Assembly: GCF_006345805.1 (NCBI RefSeq)
Contig: NC_043010.1
Coordinates: 13,206,001-13,270,000, forward strand
Direction of reading: 5' to 3'
Source of the DNA: Octopus sinensis
Taxonomy: Eukaryota
DNA length: 64,000 nucleotides
Part shown: one piece after another, positions 1-11,572 of the stretch
Numbering within the stretch: the first letter of the stretch is position 1
How the letters are laid out: each line of letters opens with the position of its first letter
The notes under the pieces: model-generated
The model's input: only the letters and a program-made list of their open reading frames with translations
Databases searched by the model: none
What the model was told of the DNA's origin: nothing
Translations under genes and position numbers: made by a program

Positions 1-181
1 GTGGCACATAAAAAGCACCCACTACACTTACGGAGTGGTTGGCATTAGGAAGGACATCCAGCTGTAGAAACACTGCCAGATGAGACTGGAGCCTGGCGCA
101 GCCTTCTGGCTTCCCAGATCCCAGTCGAACTGTCCAACCCATGCTAGCATGGAGAACGGACGTTCAACGATGATGATGATG
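1..181 (+). mobile_element. SINE family C (RTE-type 3' tail ending in (GAT)n), 3' part
   Basis: GGTTGGCATTAGGAAGGACATCCAGCTGTAGAAAC...CCAACCCATGCTAGCATGG...GGACGTTCAACGATGATGAT; the same sequence recurs at about 10.6, 11.3, 45.3, 52.4 and 61.6 kb. Confidence 0.75.
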
Positions 182-344
182 TGGTAATAAGCTCATGGTA
201 TAAAGACTAAAGACTAAAGACTTGATTTTGATCATTCCTAGTAACCTGAAGTCATTTTCGTTTTATGTACCTAGTAACTTCCTATCTCCATTCTGCTTAT
301 AATCACGTGGTTTCAAATCTGGTCAAAGCCACAATAAATAAGTA

Positions 345-640
345 AATAATAGGGGAATGATGATAGTGGTGGTGGTGGTGGTTGTCATCATCATCATCAT
401 CCTCATCATTGCTGTTGTGGTGAGGAGGGGGAGAGAGCAGGCTAAGGAGGAGGGAGAGAGGACGCTGAGTGGGGGGGAGGAAGGATGCTGAGGAGGACGC
501 TATGAAGGAAGGAGGCAGGATGCTGAGGAAGAGGCTGAGAAGGAGGGAGGGAGCAGGCTGAGGCAGTGGGAAGGAGAAGACTGAGGTAGAGAGAGGGAAG
601 AGGCTGAGGGTGAAGGAATGAAGAGTCCGAGGAGGTGGTA
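345..640. repeat. Low-complexity purine-rich (GAG/GGA/GAT) tract
   Basis: Degenerate GAGGAGG/GCTGAGG units; source of the spurious S/L/P-rich ORF 303..650. Confidence 0.8.
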
Positions 641-1324
641 TTTTTTGCATTGGTTCAAGGCCTAATCAACTGAATTGACCAGACTCTTCTCTTCTTCCGC
701 TACAGTTTACTGTGTTGTGCTGATGGAAGATGACTTCACAGATGAGATGATAGATAAAAGTTGACCATGAGTTAATCACACAAGTAACTCCAAAGAAAAA
801 TAGGTATTTGGGGTCAAGAAAAAAAAATATATAGAAAGATTAACATGCTTTCAGGGAGGTTTCATGAATACAGTTAAAGAAAAACAAAAAAGTGCAGACA
901 TGGTGTATGTAGTTAAGAAGTTCACTTTACAACTTTATAGTTTTAGGTTCAATTCCTCTGCCCAGTACCTTGGGCAAATGTCTTCTGCTTTACATTTAGA
1001 CTGACCAATACTAGAGTGTTGAAGTTGTATTCATTATGTGTGTTTGGTCTTTACTGGTCTTTACTGGTCTCTGACAAAGATGCAAAACCCCCATCGATCG
1101 AATGTCAGTTACAAAAGCGATGATGTTACATTTTGAACTAGAGAACAGTTTTGCATATTTATAATGTCCTGCTTACAGATTGTATTTAGCTGGCTTCTTT
1201 CTTTTTCTGAAAAAAACTGTGCATATGCATATGTGTGTGTGTACATACATACATACATATGTATACATATATTCTATATAATTATATATAAAACATATAT
1301 AATTGGTTATTCTACTAATTGTAT

Positions 1325-1570
1325 ACGTTTTTATTTTTTTTTTTTTTGCTATTTACTTAATCAATGATATTTTATTGTTATTTTAATTTTAATATTTCTA
1401 TTATATGTAATTTTCTAGATGGTGTAATTTAATTGTTCATTTTGAATTGATAAAAGGTGTTTTTTTCTAATTTTTTATATATATATATTATATTGTGTGA
1501 AATTTGATTTAGCATTTCTAAATTGAATTTTTTTTCCCTGTAAGTTTGGATTTATATTCCCTCAAATAAT
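1325..1570. mobile_element. AT-rich short interspersed repeat (family H5)
   Basis: TTTTCTAGATGGTGTAATTTAATTGTTCATTTTGAATTGATAAAAGGTG...GTGAAATTTGATTTAG...CCCTCAAATAAT; near-identical copies at about 4690-4938 and 20979-21187. Confidence 0.8.
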
Positions 1571-2034
1571 TTTTATATATACATATATATATAGATATAT
1601 ATACATACATTATACACACACACTTGTGTGTGTGTGTGTGTGTGCATGTGAGTGTGTATCAGAGTATATGTTTACTGGTGTAAACCAAAATGTCAACCTG
1701 TATTTCTTTACATCAAAAGCATAATATAGTAATTCAACAAATAGAGATCAATAAAATAAGTACCTGACTGAAATAAGCGCTGGGGTCGATATGATCGACT
1801 AAAACCCTTGAAGGCGGTGCCCCAGCATGACCACAGTTCAATGACTAAAACCAGGAAAAGATTAAAAGTGTAGTAGAATACAAATGAAAGGAATGGCATA
1901 TAATATACTGTACATATGTCCCTTAAATGGAGACAGCCACCAATGGTCCAATTAGAAAACCTTACAATCCCTGATGACCCAAATTACCAAGGACAGATGC
2001 CCTCATCTAATAGTGTGCTTTGGTCTGTAGTTTA

Positions 2035-2235
2035 ATATTCAGAATAGGCCCACTCAGTCATACCACACTCGCCGCTCTCATCTCACCTTTCAGCAAATTT
2101 ACTGGCGTGGCGATCAAATCTGTTTTTACTTTGACCTTCCTCTTCAAGTGGTACTTGAAGAAGTTGATAAGAAACTAGTTAGCCAGCAGAGAAAACCTCT
2201 GTCTTCAGCCCCCTTAATCCTTCACAGTAAAACAA
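2035..2235 (-). mobile_element. Degraded L1/Tx1-type LINE ORF2 C-terminal fragment
   Basis: CCTTCCTCTTCAAGTGGTACTTGAAGAAGTTGAT matches the LINE remnant at 37.4 kb (FFKYxLKRKV motif on the minus strand). Confidence 0.6.
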
Positions 2236-2742
2236 GATCATAAATTGTAAAGGATAAGCAAATGCTGGGCTTTTAATTTGAAAAGGCCTTAAGCTATATA
2301 AACTTTGAATAATCTTTGTAGAAAAAAATATACCAGGTTTCACAAAATTTGAAGACATATATGTCTTTAATTATTTTGAAAATCTTGCGTATTGTGAGGT
2401 CCTACACTGTAGCTCATTTAGCTTATGCCTAAATCTGGCAATGCAGAGGAGTTTAGTCAACTGTCTCATTCCCAGTACATTACTGGTACAATTTTATCTA
2501 CACCTGAGTCACAAATGACAATGTTGATCCTGGCAGAATTTCAACATACAAAAATTCATTGAATAATAATAATTTATTTAGTTAGTACAAAGCCAGATTT
2601 TTTTGTTAGGGAAGGGAATAGTTGATTATGGTGACCCCCTAGTTATTTAATGGAACATATTCTTATAGCAGAATTACATAGTCAATGCTAAGGCATATGA
2701 GATGAAATCTAGAGTATGGCATATGTTACTTAATTACCTCAC

Positions 2743-2776
<34 letters not shown>

Positions 2777-3467
2777 TGTTTTAAATCTGGGTTCTGTCCC
2801 TGTTAAAAGGGGTGGCCGGATCTACTTCAATGCCATAGCAACTGAGGTAGGCAGATGCAGCCCGCCCCAACTTTTGCCCATACTCCCTTGCTATCATGAG
2901 GTATTTTTGGAGCTGGATTTTCTATGGGGAGTATGCTCTTGCTTACCCACAACCTCAGTTTTTAGACATGAGTGGTCCCGAGACCAAGGCCTCAACCACG
3001 ATTTTTAAGAAATGTGGAGGAAAACTAGCTCAGGAAGGCAGGGACGCTACTCCCTGTGAACCCTTTTGGGGACCTCCTCCCCATCCACTTTATCAGTTAA
3101 TTAAGTATGAAATCATTGAGTTATGCAGCTGAGAAATATGAAGATGTCATTCCTAAAGTAATTGCACTTAAGTAATTTCTAACTAGACAGACACCAAAAT
3201 CAACTTGGAAGTTTACCAGTTACTCGGAAGAATGTCATTTCACCCTATAGACCCCAATAATAATAATAATGATGATAATGATGAAGATGAATGTCAACAT
3301 AAATGAATTGTATGATGCTCTATGGCCTAAAATCACTGGTAATGGAACCATATGATTGGTCAGAGAATATAACCACATGGTTGTGCAATGATAATGACAA
3401 ACTGAAAGAAATCTTGAGCAAATGGACGTTAAGAAAGTAACTGAGTATCAAAATCCAATTTTCTCTT

Positions 3468-3581
3468 TAAGTATTAGGCTTACAAAGAATAAGTCCTGGG
3501 ATTGATTTGTTTGACTAAAGGCAGTGCTCCAGCATGGCTGCAGTCAAATGCCTGAAGCAAGTAAAAGAATAAAAGAATAAA
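3468..3581 (+). mobile_element. SINE family A, 3' tail fragment
   Basis: GGCTTACAAAGAATAAGTCCTGGG...GCTCCAGCATGGCTGCAGTCAAATG...AAGTAAAAGA. Confidence 0.8.
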
Positions 3582-3585
3582 ATGA

Positions 3586-3616
<31 letters not shown>

Positions 3617-3642
3617 TAATTCTTTGGATAAACTCATTGGTT

Positions 3643-3674
<32 letters not shown>

Positions 3675-3688
3675 AATATATATATGAA

Positions 3689-3843
3689 TTTTCTCTCCTT
3701 GTTTTTTTCTGTGTATCTTTCTGCCGAAGAGCGTAGGCTCGAAACGTAAAAGACGTTTTCTATTCCTGAGCACTATACTAATACATTTGTTTGTTTGTAC
3801 ACCACCTGCCTTCGTCTTTTGTTTATTTTCTTAAACTTTCCCT
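3689..3843 (+). mobile_element. Short hammerhead-like-motif repeat (family H2)
   Basis: Contains tcttt CTGCCGA A GAGC gtag GCTC GAAA CG TA aaaga; further copies at about 21.8, 22.7, 36.3, 40.0 and 45.9 kb. Confidence 0.75.
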
Positions 3844-4689
3844 TTATATATATATATATATATATATAAATTTATATTTATATATATATAAATATAAATG
3901 TATAAGACGTGGTCGTGGACTTAATCTAAGGGAAAAGGTCAGTTCCCATGATCTTTTTAGGGGCCTCATACTCTGATTAGAGGAAAGGAGAAGCTATCTT
4001 CTGACATAGGACTCAAGTGCTTGAAAGTGAATTCCACTAAAGGCACACCAGGACCAGATGGTAGGTTAAACAAGATGATATATCAACGTATGCAAACCCA
4101 GAAAATTCAAGGTCAGTCCAATGGCTGGCGATCTTTATTAGTAAAAAGTTAAATCATAAAATTAGTAAAAGAAAATAATAAATTACAGAAAATTTGTTTC
4201 TTATGACAAATAGACATCTATTATTTTAGACTCTTATAATGTATTTTTGCCTTCAAACTTTTATAATTACTTTGTATATGCTTATGACCAAAGTCTACTG
4301 TTTCAATGAAACCTAACATCTCACCATGCTCAGCAGTTACATAGTCACCCCTAAATGGCAATGTATTTATATATTAATAATTTGTTTTGTAAGCTAGATA
4401 ACCAGTTTGATCATATGGCACTGTGGAAAAGTACTACATCTTTTTTTACTATGAGAAATCAAGAACAAATTTTTTCAGTAGGGTCCATCACTCTACTATA
4501 TATATATATAATAACAACAGCTCGTCAGACTCTATATAGACTATGTTGAGCAGTCCACAAGGTTTTGGCTTTATGGGTGCAAAATCTTATGTAACTCTAT
4601 ATAAAATTTTGTTGCAATAATTACTGCTCTATTTCTCAGAGTGTGCTACTCTCTGATATATGTTTTTTTTTTATTAGCTATATATATTA

Positions 4690-4938
4690 TATACGTTTTT
4701 ATTATTTTTGCAATTTACTTAATCATCGACATTTTATTGTTATTTTAATATTAATATTTCTATTATATGTAATTTTCTAGATGGTGTAATTTAATTGTTC
4801 ATTTTGAATTGATAAAAGGTGGGATTTTTTCTAATTTTATTATATATATATATATATATTATGTTGTGTGAAATTTGATTTAGTATTTCTAAATTGAATT
4901 TTTTTCCTTGTAAGTTTGGATTTTATTCCCTCAAATAA
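4690..4938. mobile_element. AT-rich short interspersed repeat (family H5)
   Basis: Near-identical to 1325-1570. Confidence 0.8.
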
Positions 4939-4994
<56 letters not shown>

Positions 4995-5000
4995 ATATAT

Positions 5001-5137
5001 ATTATTCTTAAACAAGAATGTTGTTGAGAGTAACTTCGTAGTTTCAGCCAACTAAGTTGTCATTGGACTGTCCAACAATGGCTTAGCTAGCTAAAATTTC
5101 GAAGTCACTGTCGACAACATTCTTCTTTAAGAATAAT
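5001..5137. repeat. Imperfect palindrome, 68-bp arms, 1-nt centre
   Basis: ATTATTCTTAAACAAGAATGTTGT...TTGGAC t GTCCAA...ACAACATTCTTCTTTAAGAATAAT. Confidence 0.85.
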
Positions 5138-5214
5138 AAACTTGTACTCTACAAAAGTATAAAGATTAATGCAAATTTATTTTTAGTATAACTGAATGTA
5201 AAAACAAGCATTAA

Positions 5215-5270
<56 letters not shown>

Positions 5271-5324
5271 TGTATGTATGTTATATATATTATATATTTA
5301 TATATATATATATATACTCTTTTT

Positions 5325-5531
5325 ATTCTTTTATTCTTTTACTTGCTTCAGTCATTTGACTGCTGCCATGCTGGAGCACTGCCTTTAGTCAAACAAATCA
5401 ATCCCAGGACTTATTCTTTGTAAGCCTAATACTTATTCTGTTGGTTGCTTTTGCTGAACTACTAAGTTACAGGGACATAAACACACTAAAATCAGTTGTC
5501 AAGCGATGGTGGGGGAACACAGACACACACA
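5325..5531 (-). mobile_element. SINE family A, 3' half
   Basis: CTTTTACTTGCTTCAGTCATTTGACTGC...GGGGGAACACAGACAC. Confidence 0.8.
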
Positions 5532-5534
5532 TAA

Positions 5535-5565
<31 letters not shown>

Positions 5566-6386
5566 TATACATATATATATACATGAGTGTGTGTATGATT
5601 TGGAGAATGATAGATTCGACCAAAGAATTTTGTTCTAAATGCATCATATAACAAAAAGATGTAGTAATATTCCAAACTGTTTTATGAATCAAATGGGCAT
5701 GTGACTTACAATAAAATTATTTACATAGAACTAAATAGTTGTTTTGGTGTGACTATACAACTGCTGAACATGGTGAAATGTTAGGTTCCATTAAACATTT
5801 ACAAAGTAATTATAAATGTTTGAAGTTAAAAAATAAATTACAAAGGTCTGAAACAATGGACTTTTTCACTCCATTTTTTGTTTTTTTAGCAATTTTTTAT
5901 GATTTAACTGCTTTGCTGATGATGACACTCCCACCCCACCGCCACCTCAACAGTGTCCTAGATATTCTCTTCTAAAGTATTTGATTGTTTTAATACCTAC
6001 ACCTGTACAAGCTAACTCAAAGTATGATAATCTATTTGATTTATAACAAAAGAAATATATTGTTGTATTTAGGAAGGGTCATTTTGCCAGTTTAGCCAAT
6101 AAAAACACATGCACAATATATTTGGTGTTACTTTGCTTCAGTGTTATTTATTTTTTACATTAATCTTAATCTTATTTCGGCCAGAGTTCTTTCGTCACAC
6201 TCCTGTGACCGCATCAGTGGTCCTTTGTTTTCTTCTTTCTTATTTGTGTCTCTCCTTACTAACCGTCAGCCATTTATTGGCTAAACTGGCAAAATGACCA
6301 TTCCGAAATATAACAATATCTGTTTCAACACACGACTTCACACAAAAAAATCTTGCACAACAAATATATAAAAGAAATATATATAC

Positions 6387-6542
6387 CTGTGAAGTCATCT
6401 GTGGTTTAATTGCTGTAGTTGATGCTTTCCACTCATTTTGAGGTTCAAGCACAAAATAGAATTGGCTTGAGGAATCTATCAGTTGCGATTCTGTATTCCG
6501 CCTTTCATTAAGGTTCCTTGCTAGAGTAGCTGAATGACGGTT
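6387..6542 (-). CDS. Internal coding exon (156 bp, phase 0-0) of an unidentified repeat-exon protein: NRHSATLARNLNERRNTESQLIDSSSQFYFVLEPQNEWKASTTAIKPQMTSQ
   Basis: Acceptor ttatctcctttctttcag, donor CAG|gtatat, open frame; paralogous to the exons at 13574-13729 and 23707-23853 with synonymous-biased divergence. Confidence 0.88.
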
Positions 6543-6580
6543 CTGAAAGAAAGGAGATAAAATTTAATTTTGAAGACATA

Positions 6581-6947
6581 CTCTTTTACTTGTTTCAGTC
6601 ATTTGACTGCAGCCATGCTGGAGCACCACCTTTAGTCTCAGCAAATCGATCCCGGGACTTATTCTTTGTAAGCCCAGTCCTTATTCTATTGGTCTCTTTT
6701 GCCAAACCGCTAAGTGATGGGGATATAAACACACCAGCATCGGTTGTCAAGCAATGCTAGGGGGACAAACACAAACACACAAACATACACATACACACAT
6801 ATATATACATATATACGATGGGCTTCTTTGAGTTTCCGTCTACCAAATCTACTCACAAGGCATTGGTCGGCCCGGGGCTATAGCAGAAGATGAACCGGAA
6901 CCATGTGGTTGGTTAGCAAGCTACTTACCACACAGCCACTCCTGCAC
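6581..6947 (-). mobile_element. SINE family A (tRNA-derived head, internal CA/TA microsatellite), near full length
   Basis: Minus-strand head GCAGGAGTGGCTGTGTGGTAAG...GGTTC (A and B boxes); tail GACTGAAACAAGTAAAAGAG. Confidence 0.85.
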
Positions 6948-7020
6948 GTCAGGAAGGGCATCTGGCCATAGAAAACTTGCCACCCGCTTAGCGCTGTGTA
7001 TATGTGCATACATTTTTGTA

Positions 7021-7175
7021 GGCGCGGGCATGGCTCTGTGGTTAGGGAGCTTGCTTCCTAGCTACATGGTTTCAGGTTCAGTCCCACTGCATGGCACTTT
7101 GGGTAGGTGTCTTCCGCTATAGCCCTGAGCCGACCGAAGCTTTGTGATTGAATTCGGTAGGCGGAAGTTACTGCC
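7021..7175 (+). mobile_element. SINE family A head
   Basis: GGCGCGGGCATGGCTCTGTGGTTAG...GGTTCAGTCCCACTGCATGGCACTTTGGG. Confidence 0.75.
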
Positions 7176-7448
7176 GTGTGTGTACATGTGCATGTAGGTG
7201 CTTGTACCTCTCCGAAAGAGAGAGAGGGATATATTTAAATGTTACTAGCCTTCTGACACGCACTCATTCGAATAGGTACCCTGCATTAACCAACATCTTC
7301 TTTGCCACGATACCGTATCATGAGCATCTTACAATTAACAGTGGAGCTCTATAAATATTTATTGTTTCTTTGTATAACAGAGTATTATTGGATAGTTTGT
7401 ACAGAACAGAAAAATTTGCACAATGTGTCATAATGTTGTTTTCTTTAG

Positions 7449-7570
7449 CCATATGCCCACGGGCATATGGCATAGTGGTTAAGAGTGTGGGCTACTAACC
7501 CCAAGATTCCGAGTTCAATTCCAAGTAGTGACCTGAACAATAACAATAATAATAATAATAATAACATCGA
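7449..7570 (+). mobile_element. Family H1 (tRNA-head/hammerhead element), head and linker only
   Basis: GGGCATATGGCATAGTGGTTAAGAGTGTGGGCTACTAACCCCAAGATTCCGAGTTCAATTCC plus (AAT)n, preceded by the inverted 10-mer CCATATGCCC. Confidence 0.8.
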
Positions 7571-8344
7571 CTTTTCTTGAGATGGCTATCAGTTACATCT
7601 GACTTGATTCAAAATGAAAGGCAGAGGTGAACTTAGTAGCATGAAAGGCAAATTTAACTAACACCAATTGTATCCAAATTTGGAATGAAGAAGGATGAAC
7701 CTAAAAGCCATAATACATTCAGTTTGTTGATCCCCTGTCTCAGACATCAAAACTGACTTTTACACTGGGTTTTAAAAGGTAATATTAACTAAAGAAGTAA
7801 AGAAGTGGAAACTGTAGAATATTGGATTTATATTTTAATCTGAGTTCAAATCCTGCTGAGGTCAACTTTGCTTTTTATCCACTCAGGTTTCTGACATGAA
7901 CTAAGATTTATTCAATCGATTTTACCCTGAAAATGTGTGGATTTGCGTTAATGTAAGAAACTAAAAATAATAATAATTACTAATAAAGGTTATGAAAACC
8001 ATAAAAATATTGAATCTATAGCTCAAGTTATAATCCCTGTCTTAGCTTCAAGTAAAACCTTGTTAATCTGCTAGTTAAATACCTTTATCTCAGAGACAAA
8101 GGGAAGAAAAATGACTGTTCCAATATGGAGGGGAAAATAAAGTCAAGCAAGTCAATAGAAAACAAAACAGCCAAAATACCAATGGGTCATTGATCTTAGA
8201 TCTTTTCTACTTATAAATCATTTCTTGTAGCTCCATCTCCACATGCTTAACCCTAGGTCAGCCCTATCCAAGTAGACTCTATATTGAAAGGCATTTATAT
8301 AGAAACCACCCCATTCTTTTAGTATTATGTAAAGGATTAAAAGC

Positions 8345-8870
8345 AGTGAGCTGGCAGAAACGTTAGCACATCAGGCAAAATGCTTAGCAGTATTTCATCT
8401 TCTATATTTAAGTGATGAGGAACTATGTACATTATTTACATTATTTACATTCAACAGTTATATGCCCACAGGCATATGGCATAGTGGTTAAGAGTGATTC
8501 TGAGTTCAATTCCAAGTAGTGACCTGAACAATAACAATAATAATAATAATAACAACATTGAAAAATACCTTAGGAATGAGAACCCAGGTTCAGAATTTAC
8601 CCCAAGACATCTGAAAAAGGCTGGAGGGTATATCAGCCGAGACGACATGTTAAAAACAAACAAGATGAGGACAAATATCCGTCGAATGTAAATAATGTAA
8701 ATAAGTTATTTCATCTGTCTTTATGTTCTGAGTTCAAATTCTGCCACGGTCAGCTTTGCCTTTCATTCTTTCGGGTTCGATTAATTAAGTACCAGTTGAG
8801 TACTGGGGACAATCTAATCGACTAGCCTCCTCCCCAAAAATGTCAGGCCTTGTGCCTTGAGTAGAAAATG
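8345..8870 (+). mobile_element. SINE family B, interrupted by an H1 insertion
   Basis: GAGCTGGCAGAAACGTTAGC...TATTTCATCT [insert] TATTTCATCTGTCTTTATGTTCTGAGTTCAAATT...TTTGCCTTTCATTCTTTCGGG. Confidence 0.8.
8401..8706 (+). mobile_element. Family H1 element with inverted 3'-end piece at its 5' side and a 10-bp target-site duplication
   Basis: TATTTCATCT at 8391-8400 and 8707-8716; about 8401-8452 is the reverse complement of the H1 3' terminus; degenerate hammerhead CTGAAAA AGGCTG..CAGCC GAGAC. Confidence 0.85.
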
Positions 8871-10552
8871 ATTATATAAAGGATTAAGGCTGAATTGTTA
8901 ACACCCTGGGCAAAATGCTTAGTAGTATTTCACCCATCTAAATATTTTGAGTTCAAATGCCGCCAGGGTCGATTTTGCCTTTCATCCATACACACACACA
9001 CTTACACACACATGCGCGCACATACACACAGACACACACACACACACGCGAGCACACACACACACACACACGCGAGCACACACAGAAATATACACATACA
9101 GATCGAAAGAGTGAGGGAAAGTGAAAGAGTGGGGAGAGAGAGACAGTACAATTTATTAATTCAACATGACTGACAGAGACATCTTCCCTTTCCTCAGATG
9201 CATAAAAAGAAATATGCTCACACACATAAACAGAGAAAGAGAGAGAGAAAGAGAGAAAGTGATAGGGAGAGCAAGAGAAATATTATAATTTTGATGCCAG
9301 TTATGTCAGCATTGAAATCACTGACACCAAATAAGTGGCACCAAAATGGCTGCATGAAAATGTCTCATACCCTATAGTAAGACAGCATCTTTAGTATCAT
9401 AGTCATATGCCAAGGATCTACCTGTAGTTAATGATTTCAAACAGCAGAAGGATGTTTTGATAATATTTCAAATGTAATCTCACCAAAGAAAATCAAAGAG
9501 AAAAGAATATAAACAGTGAGAAATCTCTATAGTAAAATATGCTTATCAGTCGAAGTCCTTCCACAAGAATAAAATGGTAAATAGAAAAATGTGTGATATA
9601 TTGTACAATATTTTTTTAAATGATGAAGATTAAGTTAAAGACATTAATTAAACATTAATTATGCCAGTTCTCAATGATGAAGTATGACAGGTATCATAAA
9701 TATTTTTAAAAAAGAAACTGATAGCCATCTATGTTTCCGAGACAAAAATCTTTACAAAATATATCAAAGTGTTGAAACCTAAAATATAAATTAGCTGGAA
9801 ATCATATCTATAAGATATTGAAACTTTGGAAGATAGAATTCTAATAAACTGTGTCAATATGGCTGAAGAATTATTAACTATCAATGGAAAAGATCTCTGG
9901 AGACATTTTTGGTGATAGACATTTGGGAATTAGTTTTGTCTGTTTAATGAAACAGCTTCATAATGTGAAGTGTTGCCTCTTTGCATCACTTTTCAAATTC
10001 AGAATTAGTAATTTTCACTTTCTGATAATGCTTTCTTTGTATTTTGTCTTAAATAATAATAAAAAGAAAATTTTTTTTAAATTGAAAATTGACACAAATA
10101 TAATCTTTCTTCTTAAAATCAATAATTTTTAATCTTTTAATAAAAAAAAAAAACTAAAGAAAAGAACCAGCGAAATTTGGAAGAAATAAGAAAAATATAG
10201 AGGAATCTGCTATAGTATGAAATACCAAAATTAATATGAGGATATATTTATTTAGACTTATCAAAGAGATTATATTTGACAGAGATGATATTTCAAAGTA
10301 AATTCCATATATTTTGAAGAAATAATAAATTCCCCTGAAGCTTATCTTAAAATAGTTTAACTAGTGTTATTCAATAGTTCGATCATGTTGATGAAAATAT
10401 TGAGCCTTCACCAAACTTCTAAGATGTGCTGGGTCTCTTATAAGTCCTAGTGTTATGCATTTGCAATAAACTGGATTCTCATCTAGGGGGAAATAAAAAC
10501 ATCACAGAACCCAGAAAACTGACCCTATGAAACTCAGGAAGTATTATGCCTC

Positions 10553-10795
10553 ATCGTCATCATCATTTAATGTCCGTTTTCCATGCTAGCATGGGTTGGA
10601 CGGTTCAACCGGGATCTGGGAAGCCAGAAGGCTGCACCAGGCTCCAGTCTAATCTGGCAGTGTTTCTACAGCTGGATGCCCTTCCTAACGCCAACCACTC
10701 CGTGAGTGTAGTGGGTGCTTTTTACGTGCCACTGACACAGGGGCCAAGTGCAGCTGGGAATGGCCACGTTCGGATTGGTGCTTTTTACGTGCCGG
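10553..10795 (-). mobile_element. SINE family C
   Basis: (CAT)n TTTAATGTCCGTTTTCCATGCTAGCATGGGTTGGACGG...GGATGCCCTTCCTAACGCCAACC. Confidence 0.8.
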
Positions 10796-11276
10796 AAATA
10801 TTTTAATATCTTTTTAATAATAACCAGTCACATCTTACTGCTTAGTAACAGTATAGATAAAAGGGAAGTTGCAGAGCTGAAAAACTTGCTTAATGTTGTT
10901 AATCTAGAGTGGAATTTGTCAGTTATAACAGGATTAAAGCTTGCACCTTGAGAGGGCAAAAGTCATATTGGGGCTTAAAAATGTTGTAAAGGATTAAAAA
11001 TCTCTACATATCAGTTATGGTTGAATGGGTAGGAAGTTTGCTTTGCAACAATGGAATTTGAGGTTCAATCACACTGCACCGCACCTTGAACAAGTGTTTT
11101 CTACCATAGCTTCAAGTATAAAATATATTTGTATTTATCCAGCATCCTGACTTTTAATGCATGCTAGTTTAACAGTGTGGTCGAGAAGATTACTTTGCAA
11201 CTTTGTGTTCAGTCCCATTGTGAAACATTTTAAGCAAGTGTCTCCTATGAGGGCCACAGATTTATCAAAGCCTTCA

Positions 11277-11572
11277 TCATCATCATCATCATCATCATCA
11301 TTGTTTAACGTTCGTTTTCCGCACTAGCACAGGTTGGACGGTTCGACCGGGGTCTGGGAAGCCAGGGGCTGCACCAGGCACCAGTCTGATCTGGCAGAGT
11401 TTCTACAGCTGGATGCCCTTCCTAATGCCAACCACTCCGTGAGTGTAGTGGGTGCTTTTTACGTGCCACCTGCACAGGTGCCAGGGGGGTCTGGCATCAT
11501 CCACGATCGGTTGGAGCTTTTAACGTGTCACCGGCACGGAAGCCAGCCAAGGCGGCGCTGGCAACGGCCTTG
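11277..11572 (-). mobile_element. SINE family C
   Basis: Same family as 10553-10795, with internal GTGCTTTTTACGTGCCAC repeat units. Confidence 0.8.

Noticed and set aside
303-650. 115-aa Ser/Leu/Pro ORF
   Set aside because: Low-complexity purine tract plus (CAT)n.
9300-10480. Possible decayed transposase region
   Set aside because: All frames are stop-riddled and I could not identify a diagnostic motif.
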